This document shows positions 55,344-64,000 of a stretch of DNA of 64,000 nt, one piece after another (position 1 is the first letter of the stretch; each line of letters begins with the position of its first letter). The stretch comes from an uncultured Verrucomicrobiae bacterium (GTDB lineage: Bacteria > Verrucomicrobiota > Verrucomicrobiia > Palsa-1439). The notes under the pieces are model-generated. The model was not told where the DNA came from. It made no database searches and was given only the letters and a program-made list of their open reading frames with translations. Location of the stretch: assembly GCA_963812605.1 (NCBI GenBank), contig CAWEWF010000004.1, positions 160,001-224,000 on the forward strand, given 5' to 3'. A program made the translations under genes and the position numbers.

Positions 55344-55791
55344 ATGAATACCCCGCTCACCGCGCTGGAGTATTACAATCTTGTCCGCGAGCGCCTTGAG
55401 CACGAGGACAATCTGATCGTGCAGCGGCTCACCTGGCTGGTCGGGTCGCAGTCGTTCCTCTTTACCGCCTACGCCATCGTGTCGAACGGCTTGATGTCCC
55501 CGCCGCAACTCGCCTCCGCGCATCTCACCGACCAACTGCAATTGCTGTTTCAGTTGATTCCCATCGTGGCCATGCTGACCTGCATTCTCATCTACATCAG
55601 CATCCTCGCGGCGGTGGTGACCATGCGCCGGCTGCGCAACGGCTATCGCTCACGGTTCGGTCCTGAAGAAGACTGCCTTGCCGCCCATCATGACCGCCGC
55701 GCCGGTCCGCTTGTTCGGCCTCGTCGCCCCGCTGTTATTGCCGCTGGTGTTTTCCACGATCTGGCTGATTCTCTGGGTGCACGGGCTGTAG
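55344..55791 (+). CDS. Small 3-TM membrane protein (frameshift near 55680)
   Basis: [18 protein letters not shown]...; the third TM ([20 protein letters not shown]) is in an alternate frame ending TAG at 55789-55791. Confidence 0.6.
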
Positions 55792-57948
55792 CAGCGCGAC
55801 CATTTTGCTCAAGTCGCCTGTGGGCAACTGGCAGGCGTAGTTGACGCAAACGTAGGCGGTGGCCTTGCCGCCCATCGGCTTGATGCTTTCGAGAAACGGC
55901 AGCAGTTTCACCAGCGACTTCTGCGATTCATCACCCTCCGCAAGAATCACAATGGCGTTCGGCAGATAACGCTCGCCGAGCGCTCGCAGCATCGCGCGGG
56001 TATCCGCAGCGTCGGCCTTGCCCGCAATGACAATCTGCTTCGGCTGACTGAGGTAAAAATCCAGCGCGCAAAGCATCTGCGGCACAACCTGTGGCGCTTT
56101 GGACAGATGACCGCTAAAAAGCTGCAGTGTCTTCTCCGCGGCATTGCGATAATCGGCGCGATCGGTAAACTGCGCGAGCCGCAGCAGTAGCAATGTCGCC
56201 ATCGAATTGCCGCTGGGCTCCGCGCCGTCGTAGTCTTCCTTGGAGCGAACGATGACACTCGGGTCGCGTCCATCCGTCTGGAAAAACCCGCCCTCCTTCG
56301 CATCATAGAACTGTGCGAGCATCGCGTCGGCAAGTTCCGTCGCTTTCTGTAACCATTGCGGATCGAAGTCCGCTTCATAAAGATCCACCAGGCCGTTGGC
56401 GAAAAACGCGTGGTCTTCGACCATCGCCGGCACCGTCGCCGTACGGGTCAGCTTGCCGTCCCTGAGACGATTGGTGAGAATGTAACGCGCTGCCTGCTCG
56501 GCGGCGGCGCGGTATTTGGGTTCATCGAGTGCTTGCGCGGCTCGCGCGAACGCGGAAATCATCAATCCATTCCACGCCGTCAGGATCTTCTCGTCGCGAT
56601 GGGGCCGCACCCGTTTCTCGCGGGCCGCAAACAGCTTCGCCCGACCCTCCTCCAAAATCGCGGCAACTTCTTTCTCCGACTTCTGGAACTCCTTGGCGGT
56701 TTCCGCAAGCGTGAGCGTGACGTGCAGCACATTGTTGCCGTGCTCCCAATTGCCATCGGGTTCAACACCGTAGTAGCGGCAGAAAATCCCGGCCTTCTCC
56801 TTGTCGCCGATGATCTTGTCGATCTCATCGCGCGTCCAAACGTAGAATTTGCCTTCCACCCCTTCGCTATCGGCATCCTCCGCCGAATAAAACCCGCCTT
56901 CGGGACTGGTCATGTCGCGCAATACGTAATCGCAAGTGCGCCGGGCGATGTCGGCATAAAACGGATCATGCGTGATCTGATACGCGTCAATATAGCTGGA
57001 AACAAGCTGCGCCTGGTCGTAGAGCATCTTTTCGAAATGCGACACCAGCCATCTTTGGTCGACGCTGTAGCGATGGAAGCCGCCCCCAAGTTGATCAAAC
57101 AGTCCGCCTTCCCCCATCGCCCGCAACGTGTGCAGCGCCATCTCGCGGGCCTTCGTTGCTTCCGGTGGTGCAGGCGTCCCTGCCTGCAGCCGCGCGAAGT
57201 AGCGAAACAGAAAATTCAAGGCGACCGGTCGCGGGAACTTCGGCGCCATGCTGAATCCGCCATGCACCGTGTCGTACGATGTCCGGAACTGATCGAAACC
57301 CGCGCTGAGTGCCGCGTCATCGAGTGGACGGTTCGGAGATCCATTCGTATCGATATTCGCGTACTGGTTGATGGTCTCCACAATGTTGCTGGCCTGGGCG
57401 AGCACGCCGGTACGGTTCCCCTCCCAAACATCGTGCACGCGCTGGAGCAAATCCTTGAAACCGGGGCGGCCATAGCGCGAGTCCGGCGGGAAATACGTGC
57501 CGCAAAAGAACGGCTTCAGCTCCGGCGTCAGCCACACGCTCATCGGCCAGCCGCCGCTGCCCGTCGTCGCCTGCACCGCCGTCATGTAAACCTTGTCGAT
57601 GTCCGGGCGCTCTTCGCGGTCGACCTTGATGCAAACGAAGTATTGGTTCATGACGGCGGCGATGCCCTCGTTCTCGAACGACTCGTGCTCCATGACATGG
57701 CACCAGTGGCACGTCGAGTAGCCGATGGACAGGAAGATCGGCTTGTTCTCCTTGCGCGCCCGGGCGAACGCCTCTTCCCCCCACGGATACCAATCCACGG
57801 GATTGTAGGCGTGCTGCAGCAGATAGGGACTCTTCTCATGGATCAGACGGTTCGGCTTGTGCGTGGTGGTTTCGTCGCCCATGACGGCGCAAGATACCAC
57901 AGCCGCCAGACCGGCGACGAGTAATCCGCGATACAGGGTTACCGCCAT
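55735..57948 (-). CDS. YyaL/SSP411 thioredoxin-domain protein (DUF255 + alpha/alpha barrel)
   Basis: [48 protein letters not shown]. Confidence 0.93.
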   Translation of the reverse strand: MAVTLYRGLLVAGLAAVVSCAVMGDETTTHKPNRLIHEKSPYLLQHAYNPVDWYPWGEEAFARARKENKPIFLSIGYSTCHWCHVMEHESFENEGIAAVMNQYFVCIKVDREERPDIDKVYMTAVQATTGSGGWPMSVWLTPELKPFFCGTYFPPDSRYGRPGFKDLLQRVHDVWEGNRTGVLAQASNIVETINQYANIDTNGSPNRPLDDAALSAGFDQFRTSYDTVHGGFSMAPKFPRPVALNFLFRYFARLQAGTPAPPEATKAREMALHTLRAMGEGGLFDQLGGGFHRYSVDQRWLVSHFEKMLYDQAQLVSSYIDAYQITHDPFYADIARRTCDYVLRDMTSPEGGFYSAEDADSEGVEGKFYVWTRDEIDKIIGDKEKAGIFCRYYGVEPDGNWEHGNNVLHVTLTLAETAKEFQKSEKEVAAILEEGRAKLFAAREKRVRPHRDEKILTAWNGLMISAFARAAQALDEPKYRAAAEQAARYILTNRLRDGKLTRTATVPAMVEDHAFFANGLVDLYEADFDPQWLQKATELADAMLAQFYDAKEGGFFQTDGRDPSVIVRSKEDYDGAEPSGNSMATLLLLRLAQFTDRADYRNAAEKTLQLFSGHLSKAPQVVPQMLCALDFYLSQPKQIVIAGKADAADTRAMLRALGERYLPNAIVILAEGDESQKSLVKLLPFLESIKPMGGKATAYVCVNYACQLPTGDLSKMVALLQPVHPENQPDRGKHQRQ

Positions 57949-58023
57949 CAGTTCAACTATACATTCATTCGAGAAACTTGCTCCACGCGAATCGTTCGAG
58001 ACATCGCCGCATCATAACTATCA

Positions 58024-58287
58024 GTGGATCATACTCTGAAGTTTTTCGGATCAGTGTTCGGGTGTTGCGATGTCGAACGGTTGCTGTTCGAATATGTGCA
58101 AGGGACCCTTGAGCCGGAGGTAAAACACCGGCTCGACGAACATTTTCGCGATTGTCCGCCCTGCATTGAGTTCCTGCGCACCTACCGGCAAACCATCGAC
58201 GTCACCCGTCAGTTCTGTTGTAACCAAGTGGAGATTCCATCCGAAGTCCGCACGAAACTGGAGGAGTTTATTCGCGCTGGGTTTTAG
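58024..58287 (+). CDS. zf-HC2 anti-sigma factor
   Basis: C....LLFEYV.G...EH..DCPPC; soluble, no TM. Confidence 0.8.
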   Translation: MDHTLKFFGSVFGCCDVERLLFEYVQGTLEPEVKHRLDEHFRDCPPCIEFLRTYRQTIDVTRQFCCNQVEIPSEVRTKLEEFIRAGF

Positions 58288-58388
58288 GGTTCGGGGAGCT
58301 TGTCTTTTACGATTCCCGCTTATCAGACTTGAAACTGCGTCTATTATAGTGCATCAAAGGCTTTTGCAGCGGAGTCGTACCCATTCTC

Positions 58389-59006
58389 ATGTCGAAGCCG
58401 AACGCCCAAATCGATGACGTTCAATTGGTCGCCCGCCTCAAGCAGCGTGATAAATCTGCTTTGGAGGAGCTTGTCCATGTCCACGGCGCGAAGATGTACG
58501 GCGTCGCCCTCCAGTTTATGCGCAATGAATCTGACGCGCATGAGGTCATGCAGGACGCCCTCGTCTCCATCTGGAACAAGATCGGCTCGTTCGAGGGCAA
58601 ATCGGCGTTCACTTCCTGGATCTATCGCGTCACTGCCAACGCGGGGCTGATGGCCCTCCGCAAAAAGAAGCGGCGCGAGAACGACATCTCGCTCGACGCC
58701 GTCGGGGCCGACGATGACGACGCGCCCCTGCCCGCGTTGCAACTGAGCGATAAGCGACCGCTCCCCGACAAAGTGGTGATGACCGGTGAACTCGGCGAGC
58801 AGGTGCGTACCGCCATCAGCCAATTGCCCGAACCGTACCGCGTGGCCGTGCTCCTGCGCGACGTGGAGGAATTGCCGATGGCCGAAGTCATGCGGGAAAC
58901 CGGCTTGAGCGAGCCGGCGTTGAAAAGCCGCCTGCATCGGGCACGGTTGGCGCTTCGGGAAGCCCTGCTGCCGTACCTCAAAGGGCAGGACATACAGAAG
59001 TCATGA
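58389..59006 (+). CDS. ECF sigma-70 factor
   Basis: Region 2 (DAHEVMQD, FTSWIYRV) and region 4 (LPEPYR, KSRLHRAR). Confidence 0.93.
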   Translation: MSKPNAQIDDVQLVARLKQRDKSALEELVHVHGAKMYGVALQFMRNESDAHEVMQDALVSIWNKIGSFEGKSAFTSWIYRVTANAGLMALRKKKRRENDISLDAVGADDDDAPLPALQLSDKRPLPDKVVMTGELGEQVRTAISQLPEPYRVAVLLRDVEELPMAEVMRETGLSEPALKSRLHRARLALREALLPYLKGQDIQKS

Positions 59007-59290
59007 GCATGAAAAAAATCATGGGTCATTTGAAATGCCTCTTGCGCCCGGGCGGGTGCTCGCACACCAAGAAACTGCTCTTCGAATTCGTCGAGGGCCA
59101 ACTAACTCCCGAGACCCATCGCAAACTGGAGAAGCACATCGGCAATTGCCCCCCCTGCCTCGACTACGTGAAAAGCTACCGGCACACCATCCAGGTCACC
59201 CATCACCACGGTCTGCCCGAAACCCCCATGCCCCCCGCCTTAAAGCAGAAACTCCGCGAGTTCATCGAACAGCACCCCGATCTGAAGTGA
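59003..59290 (+). CDS. zf-HC2 anti-sigma factor
   Basis: C....LLFEFVEG...KH..NCPPC; overlaps the sigma factor stop. Confidence 0.85.
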   Translation: MSMKKIMGHLKCLLRPGGCSHTKKLLFEFVEGQLTPETHRKLEKHIGNCPPCLDYVKSYRHTIQVTHHHGLPETPMPPALKQKLREFIEQHPDLK

Positions 59291-59331
59291 CCCCAAAAGC
59301 CTTGGAGCTGGAAGTAGTCCCCGAAACCTCT

Positions 59332-59441
59332 GGTGGCACAGGCGCCCCTGCCTGTGTAGATGGATTTTGACAGGTACAGAGGCCTGTCCCACCATTGAAG
59401 GGGTCTCATAAACGCTTGGTGGCGCAGGCGTCCCTGCCTGC
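59332..59441. repeat. GGTGG-headed REP-like cluster
   Basis: GGTGGCACAGGCGCCCCTGCCTGT, an inverted copy at 59369-59393, and GGTGGCGCAGGCGTCCCTGCCTGC. Further copies at 57164 and 60381. Confidence 0.7.
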
Positions 59442-59452
59442 GTGAATGGATT

Positions 59453-59704
59453 CTACCGCACCTTCGACGCCGTCATCTCCGTGCCGACCGACCGCAGCGC
59501 ATTGTTCACCTGCCGCAACAGCCCCTCGGCCGGCTGCTTGAACGTAATCTCAATCTCCTGCCGCGCAGGATTCGTACGAACCCGCAACACGCTGGGCAGT
59601 TGAAGAATCTCCTCCGCGGCGCGACCCAGAAATTCCGTCTCGTTATCCTCTCGCAACGTAAATCTCATCATCCCAACCTCGCATACCGGATTCACATGGT
59701 TCAT
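59453..59704 (-). CDS. Small hypothetical protein (HMA/ferredoxin-like fold, no CxxC)
   Basis: 83 aa, GGAGG upstream, beta-alpha-beta-beta-alpha pattern (LPSVLRVRTNPARQEIEITF). Confidence 0.5.
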   Translation of the reverse strand: MNHVNPVCEVGMMRFTLREDNETEFLGRAAEEILQLPSVLRVRTNPARQEIEITFKQPAEGLLRQVNNALRSVGTEMTASKVR

Positions 59705-60192
59705 GTCCCGTTCCCCGCCTCCTTGCTTGGAAGTATCCCAGCCCAAAGCAACAGCCGCGTGACAACAGCCTGCCAAGTGTGTAGCACTAACGAAGCGCAG
59801 CCGAACATCCAGACCGAACCGGCCGACATTTGACCTCCGTCGAGCTAACCCATTGCAAATCTGCATGTTAACTTGGGGGTTCGTTTCGTAATTTATGTGT
59901 TTTTCGGCCTAATCCCTCCCCCTTACTGCCTTTCTGACTTTCCGCTTCAAGCCGCGTCCAGCGGCGCAGTCGCGCCGTAGGTTTACCGGAGGCGGATCGC
60001 TCCGCTTTCCTTCTTTCCCAATGTCAAAGAACTGCGCTGACTTTCTTCCTTCTGCCTTTCCTTAGTCCTTGAAAGTTGGACGTTGGAAGTTGAACGTTCA
60101 ATGTTTATCTGTTTGCTGACCATACCCGTATTGCCACCCCGTGTCCAGCTAAATTATCGATTACCGATATACGACGTGGGACCAGATTTCCT

Positions 60193-60452
60193 GTTGTAGC
60201 CCGCGTGCCCCCACGCGGCGGTGGCGGGAATTCAGGAATATTCAACCGCTTCCCCGCCACCAGATTGTAGCCGCGAAACGTTTTCGCGGCTGCCGAGCGA
60301 AATTCATTCCCTGGTGTAGCCGACTCGCTCTGTCGAGGCGTCCGTCGGGCAAATGACCAGAAGCGGTCTCATAAATCTTCGGTGGCACAGGCGTCTTGTC
60401 ACTGTCACCATGTACGGCTGTTGTGGTAGGGCGCGACCGCCGGGCGCGCCGC
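60193..60452. repeat. Cluster of GTAG-type REP-like hairpins
   Basis: TGTAGCCCGCGTG..CACGCGG, TGTAGCCGCGAAACGTTTTCGCGGCT, TGTAGCCGAC.., GGTAGGGCGCG..GCGCGCC. Confidence 0.65.
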
Positions 60453-60684
60453 CCAGTGCAGATCGCGGATGGCCGGAATTCAGTCGCGGCGCAGCTTTAC
60501 CAGCAGACTTGCCGGGTTTCGCATTGCGACGATCAACCGGACCGTGATATACAACTACGATGAACCGGTTGCCCTTTGGCGACGACCTCAAATGGCCGCG
60601 CGAGTTTGACGGCACATATCGGGCCTTCGCGGACAGGACTCAATTTGCAAAGCAACCAACGCCCAGGCTAAGGACCTAGCTGAC

Positions 60685-61206
60685 ATGGAAACCGTTCGCC
60701 TATTCAGTCTCTTTTTGTCTGCTCCCTCGGATGTAACAGAGGAACATGAAATCATTGCAGGTGTCGTACGCGATTGGAATATCCAGCACGGACGCGCGAC
60801 GGGAGTGCGCGTTGAACTCGTATACTGGCGGACGCATACGTATCCGGCAAGCGGTGGACGGCCCCAAGCCCTGATCAACAAACAAGCATTTGATAAATCC
60901 GACATCGTCACGGGAATCTTCTGGTCAAAGTTCGGAACACCGACAGGGAGATACGGCTCCGGTACGGAGGAGGAATTACAGCGCGGCATGAGAAAAGGAA
61001 AAAAGGTCATGGTGTATTTCTGCCGTCGACCCGCTCCTCGAACGAAGCTGCTAGAACGGTCGAAAATCGACAAATTCAAGCGGAAGCTCGGGAAAAATGC
61101 ACTTTATTGGGAGTATAGCGATCTCATCCTGTTCGAGCGTGAGTTCCGAAATCACTTAGCGATGGTGATGCAGGAGTTGCAAAAAACAAGAAAAGTGAGA
61201 AAATAA
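60685..61206 (+). CDS. DUF4062-like (TIR/nucleoside-deoxyribosyltransferase-like Rossmann) protein
   Basis: FLSAPSDVTEE, PQALIN, D..GIFWSKFGTPT..SGTEEE, VMVYF. Confidence 0.75.
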   Translation: METVRLFSLFLSAPSDVTEEHEIIAGVVRDWNIQHGRATGVRVELVYWRTHTYPASGGRPQALINKQAFDKSDIVTGIFWSKFGTPTGRYGSGTEEELQRGMRKGKKVMVYFCRRPAPRTKLLERSKIDKFKRKLGKNALYWEYSDLILFEREFRNHLAMVMQELQKTRKVRK

Positions 61207-61213
61207 GATCGTC

Positions 61214-61657
61214 ATGGGTAGCAAGCATACATTCCGAACACAGGTGAATGGACCGAACGCCACGGTCTACAATGCAGACACCATTCACGTTAAAGCGACT
61301 AAGACGAAGCGTACTTCAACGTCATATCCGAATGGTTGTATAGGCGCTGACCTCATCAGAAGAAACTACGTCCGTTACCTCATTGAGCGGTATAATCGCT
61401 TCAAGCAGGCCGACGCCAGTTTTGGCAAGGCAAGTGGCCGATTTAGCTACGCGGTTGTCTTCAAGAACGTCGAAGCAAAGTTCAAAGCACCAACTTACTT
61501 TATCCCCGTCGAACGGTTCGATGAACTGGTTGACTATTTGCAGTCGCGCGTTGACCAAACCATTCTTGGGAAACGCAATGCCGCCCGTGGTCAGAGGAAT
61601 TACGAAACCTTTGATGAGTACCAATTGACACAGTCGGTAGCAGAGAGCGTAAGCTAG
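61214..61657 (+). CDS. Hypothetical basic protein with an ORF6C-like helical C-terminus
   Basis: Starts 7 nt after the DUF4062 stop; YAVVFKNVEAKF...IPVERFDELVDYLQ. Confidence 0.6.
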   Translation: MGSKHTFRTQVNGPNATVYNADTIHVKATKTKRTSTSYPNGCIGADLIRRNYVRYLIERYNRFKQADASFGKASGRFSYAVVFKNVEAKFKAPTYFIPVERFDELVDYLQSRVDQTILGKRNAARGQRNYETFDEYQLTQSVAESVS

Positions 61658-61720
61658 CGTTCCAAAGCGGTAACAGAGAAACCGGTAGCGTTTCATTCAT
61701 TACTTCTCTCAAGTCAAGCC

Positions 61721-63787
61721 CTACCCACTCCCCAGCTTCTTCTGCAAATTTGCGTGGAAGTTGCCGAGCGGGAATTCGTCGGGGTGGACCAGGTCAATCC
61801 ATTTTTTGGGGTCGCTCTCGTCGGTGATGGCGCGGGAGTCTTTTTTCCACTTCGAGGCGACGTTCGGGGGGACGTAGCGCGAAACCAGATCGTGCGCGGC
61901 GAGCCAGAAACTCATCTTCGAGGCGTCGGAGCCGAATTTATAAAGCGCGAGCAGTTCCTGGCGCAGGCCGTCGATACCCTCATAGAGCTTGTCCCAGCGG
62001 ACCGCAAGGTGGTTGTCGTGCCAGATGAGGATGTCGTGCTGATGCAGGTAGGCGAACAGAAGTTGTCCGCCCAATGCGTCGTAATTGCGGACGCGCGTGC
62101 CCGTGATCGGGAAGCGAAAAATGCGGTCGAAGAGCACCGCGTAGGTCACATAATGCGCGAACAGGAAACCTTCCTTCGCCAGCCGCGTCGCCTCATAAAA
62201 GGCGCGCAAATCCACCCGCAGTTCCTCCAAACCGTACATCCAAAAGGGCGCGCGCTGGCGGATCATAAACGGATCGAACGGCAATTCGCCGACGCTGTGC
62301 GATTTGTCGTGGATCAGGTCCCACAACGCGTAGGTGTCCATGATGAGCGGCAGCGAATTAAGAAAACATTCCAACTGCGGATGCATTTCCAGCCGCGTCA
62401 GGCGCGCTGCCTGGGTCACAATTCGCTGGTAGCGTTTCGCTTCGCGGTCGCAAAATATCGTCGCGAAATTGTTCGTCCCCTTCCCCGCCGCCGACACCGT
62501 TTCGGGAAAAAGCACGGCGCATTCGTTATTGTAACCTTCCGTGAAATCCACAAAATGACCGGGCACGATCTTCCCGTTCTGGTATTGCGTCCGCTCCAGT
62601 TCCGCGAGCCAGCCGGGCCACGGCACGCGGTAAATCATCGCCTCGAATCGCCAGTCCAGCGACGCATTCGGCGTGTACATCGGCATCACCCACAGGTGCT
62701 CGATGCCGTCGCATCGCTCCAACTGCGGATTGAACAGCGCCAGCGACTTCGCGAAATCCGGTTTCTTGAATCCCCCATCGATCCACGCGTCGAAATCGAG
62801 CAACACTTGATTGAGGTAGTCCGCCTCATGCGGGAATGATGGTATCAATGCTTGCACAGCGCCCGCTGCCGCCTGTGCAAGATGCGCCGCTTCCTCGTGC
62901 TTCTCGAAGGTCACGTTTCCGTCCGGTTCTTGCAGCCGGCGCAACGCGTTGACCGCGCCCTTCAATGACGACCACGCACCCGACTTCGCCGCGACTGACG
63001 GCGCCACCGCCACGACGCTGCGCGCAAACGTCGGCGCGGAACAACAATACAGGACATTGCGCCACAGTTGCCGGTGATCGAACTCGCGAATGTGATTGTC
63101 GCCAAAGAGCAGTGAATCCGTCACCACGACCACGCGCCCGTCGCCAAATTCCGCCGTCCCAATCACGCCCGCGTGTCGCGGCACCGCTGTCGCGCCCGTA
63201 CGCCAGGCGATGCGCGCGTCTCCTGAAACCGTGCATGTTCCCGCCTGATAGAAGCACGCGCGCTTGACGAAGTGCGCCAGCGGCGTTTCCTCCGCCACCG
63301 GCTCGGCAAAGAACCACGCCGGGTTGTTGTGGACGTTCGCCGCGGTATCCAGCACCGTTGTATTCTCGATGTGCAACCCGCACGGCGCGAGCAGGTCATT
63401 GAGATTGTCGCCGTACTTGTCGTGCTCGTACTCGGAGATGACCAGCAAGCCGCCGCCCGCGCGGACAAATTCCTGAATGTCCTTGATTTCCTGCTCCGAC
63501 AGCCGTGGTGAATTCGTCGAGGTGGTGCGTTCCCATTTCGGGTCGCACGGATGCGCGAGCACCAACACATCCGCTCCACCGAGCACGTCCCACTGCAAGG
63601 GCTTGTCGAGATTGCGGTGGACCGTGAAGTCGCTCGCGGCGAGTGTATCGGCGGCGATTTGATACGAGGAATTGAGCGGATATTCCGGTTGCATCTCCCG
63701 CGCGCGCGCCTCGGAGATCGACCAGCTTTCGCTGTGGTACTCGTCGAAAAGTACGCGGACCGATTTCCGTTGCGTGAGCGCGCTCAT
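61721..63787 (-). CDS. DUF6421-family protein fused to an N-terminal GATase-like (DUF4350/ABC-auxiliary-like) domain
   Basis: N-terminus VLFDEYHSE, DVLVLAHP, FVRAGGGLLV, GRVVVVTDS. C-terminus MYTPN, AVLFPET, FCDREA, WDLIHDKSH, LEELRVD, RNYDALGGQ, DEFPL. Confidence 0.75.
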   Translation of the reverse strand: MSALTQRKSVRVLFDEYHSESWSISEARAREMQPEYPLNSSYQIAADTLAASDFTVHRNLDKPLQWDVLGGADVLVLAHPCDPKWERTTSTNSPRLSEQEIKDIQEFVRAGGGLLVISEYEHDKYGDNLNDLLAPCGLHIENTTVLDTAANVHNNPAWFFAEPVAEETPLAHFVKRACFYQAGTCTVSGDARIAWRTGATAVPRHAGVIGTAEFGDGRVVVVTDSLLFGDNHIREFDHRQLWRNVLYCCSAPTFARSVVAVAPSVAAKSGAWSSLKGAVNALRRLQEPDGNVTFEKHEEAAHLAQAAAGAVQALIPSFPHEADYLNQVLLDFDAWIDGGFKKPDFAKSLALFNPQLERCDGIEHLWVMPMYTPNASLDWRFEAMIYRVPWPGWLAELERTQYQNGKIVPGHFVDFTEGYNNECAVLFPETVSAAGKGTNNFATIFCDREAKRYQRIVTQAARLTRLEMHPQLECFLNSLPLIMDTYALWDLIHDKSHSVGELPFDPFMIRQRAPFWMYGLEELRVDLRAFYEATRLAKEGFLFAHYVTYAVLFDRIFRFPITGTRVRNYDALGGQLLFAYLHQHDILIWHDNHLAVRWDKLYEGIDGLRQELLALYKFGSDASKMSFWLAAHDLVSRYVPPNVASKWKKDSRAITDESDPKKWIDLVHPDEFPLGNFHANLQKKLGSG

Positions 63788-63809
63788 GATCAAATGTAAC
63801 CGGGCTCCC

Positions 63810-64000
63810 TCACTTCGACAAATCGACCACGTCGCGCACGAGCGCCTCGACATCTTCGGCCGTCGAGTCCCACGAACACATCAAGCGCGCGCCGCCCGGG
63901 CCAACGTCCGTGTAGAAATGCCAACCGCGCTCGTGCAGGCCATCCAACACACGCCTCGGCATGTCCACGAACACCGCGTTCGCCTGGCGCGGGTAAAGGA
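63810..64000 (-). CDS. ltaE: Low-specificity L-threonine aldolase, C-terminal part (5' end off the window)
   Basis: Manual translation LYPRQANAVFVDMP...GWHFY...ARLMCSWDSTAEDVEAL. Confidence 0.8.
   Translation of the reverse strand, partial: LYPRQANAVFVDMPRRVLDGLHERGWHFYTDVGPGGARLMCSWDSTAEDVEALVRDVVDLSK

Noticed and set aside
1-64000. tRNA, rRNA, integrase, transposase or prophage genes
   Set aside because: None recognised on either strand.

Overview
GC-rich bacterial chromosome segment, most likely Verrucomicrobiota. That assignment is inferred from the futalosine menaquinone genes, a PocR-AraC regulator and a secreted GH31 ending in a DPDGDG..EY.AGT.P / RFYRV tail. It is mostly housekeeping: envelope glycosyltransferases, fmt, adk, mqnP/E/A/C, ubiX, hemL, hrpB, tricorn protease, M20 peptidase, nadE, hsp20-lon, an ABC-2 exporter, a GH31/CBM48 glycan locus, a YyaL-type protein and an ECF sigma factor. 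Accessory modules are interspersed: (i) a NurA-HerA pair between hrpB and hemL; (ii) HigBA and MazF-type toxin-antitoxin pairs; (iii) a six-gene cluster behind a PocR-AraC regulator that joins an outer-membrane beta-barrel and three monoheme cytochromes c to a menaquinol-type Rieske/cytochrome b6-like complex; (iv) a lower-GC DUF4062 (TIR/NDT-like) island; (v) a DUF6421 fusion next to threonine aldolase. More than a dozen genes carry single-base frameshifts, probably long-read consensus errors. REP-like palindromes are common, and some sit in frame inside conserved genes. Many start codons have a TAnnnT box 4-10 nt upstream, which suggests leaderless transcription. No rRNA, tRNA, CRISPR array or transposase was seen. 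All family calls come from motif recognition by eye, not from database searches.
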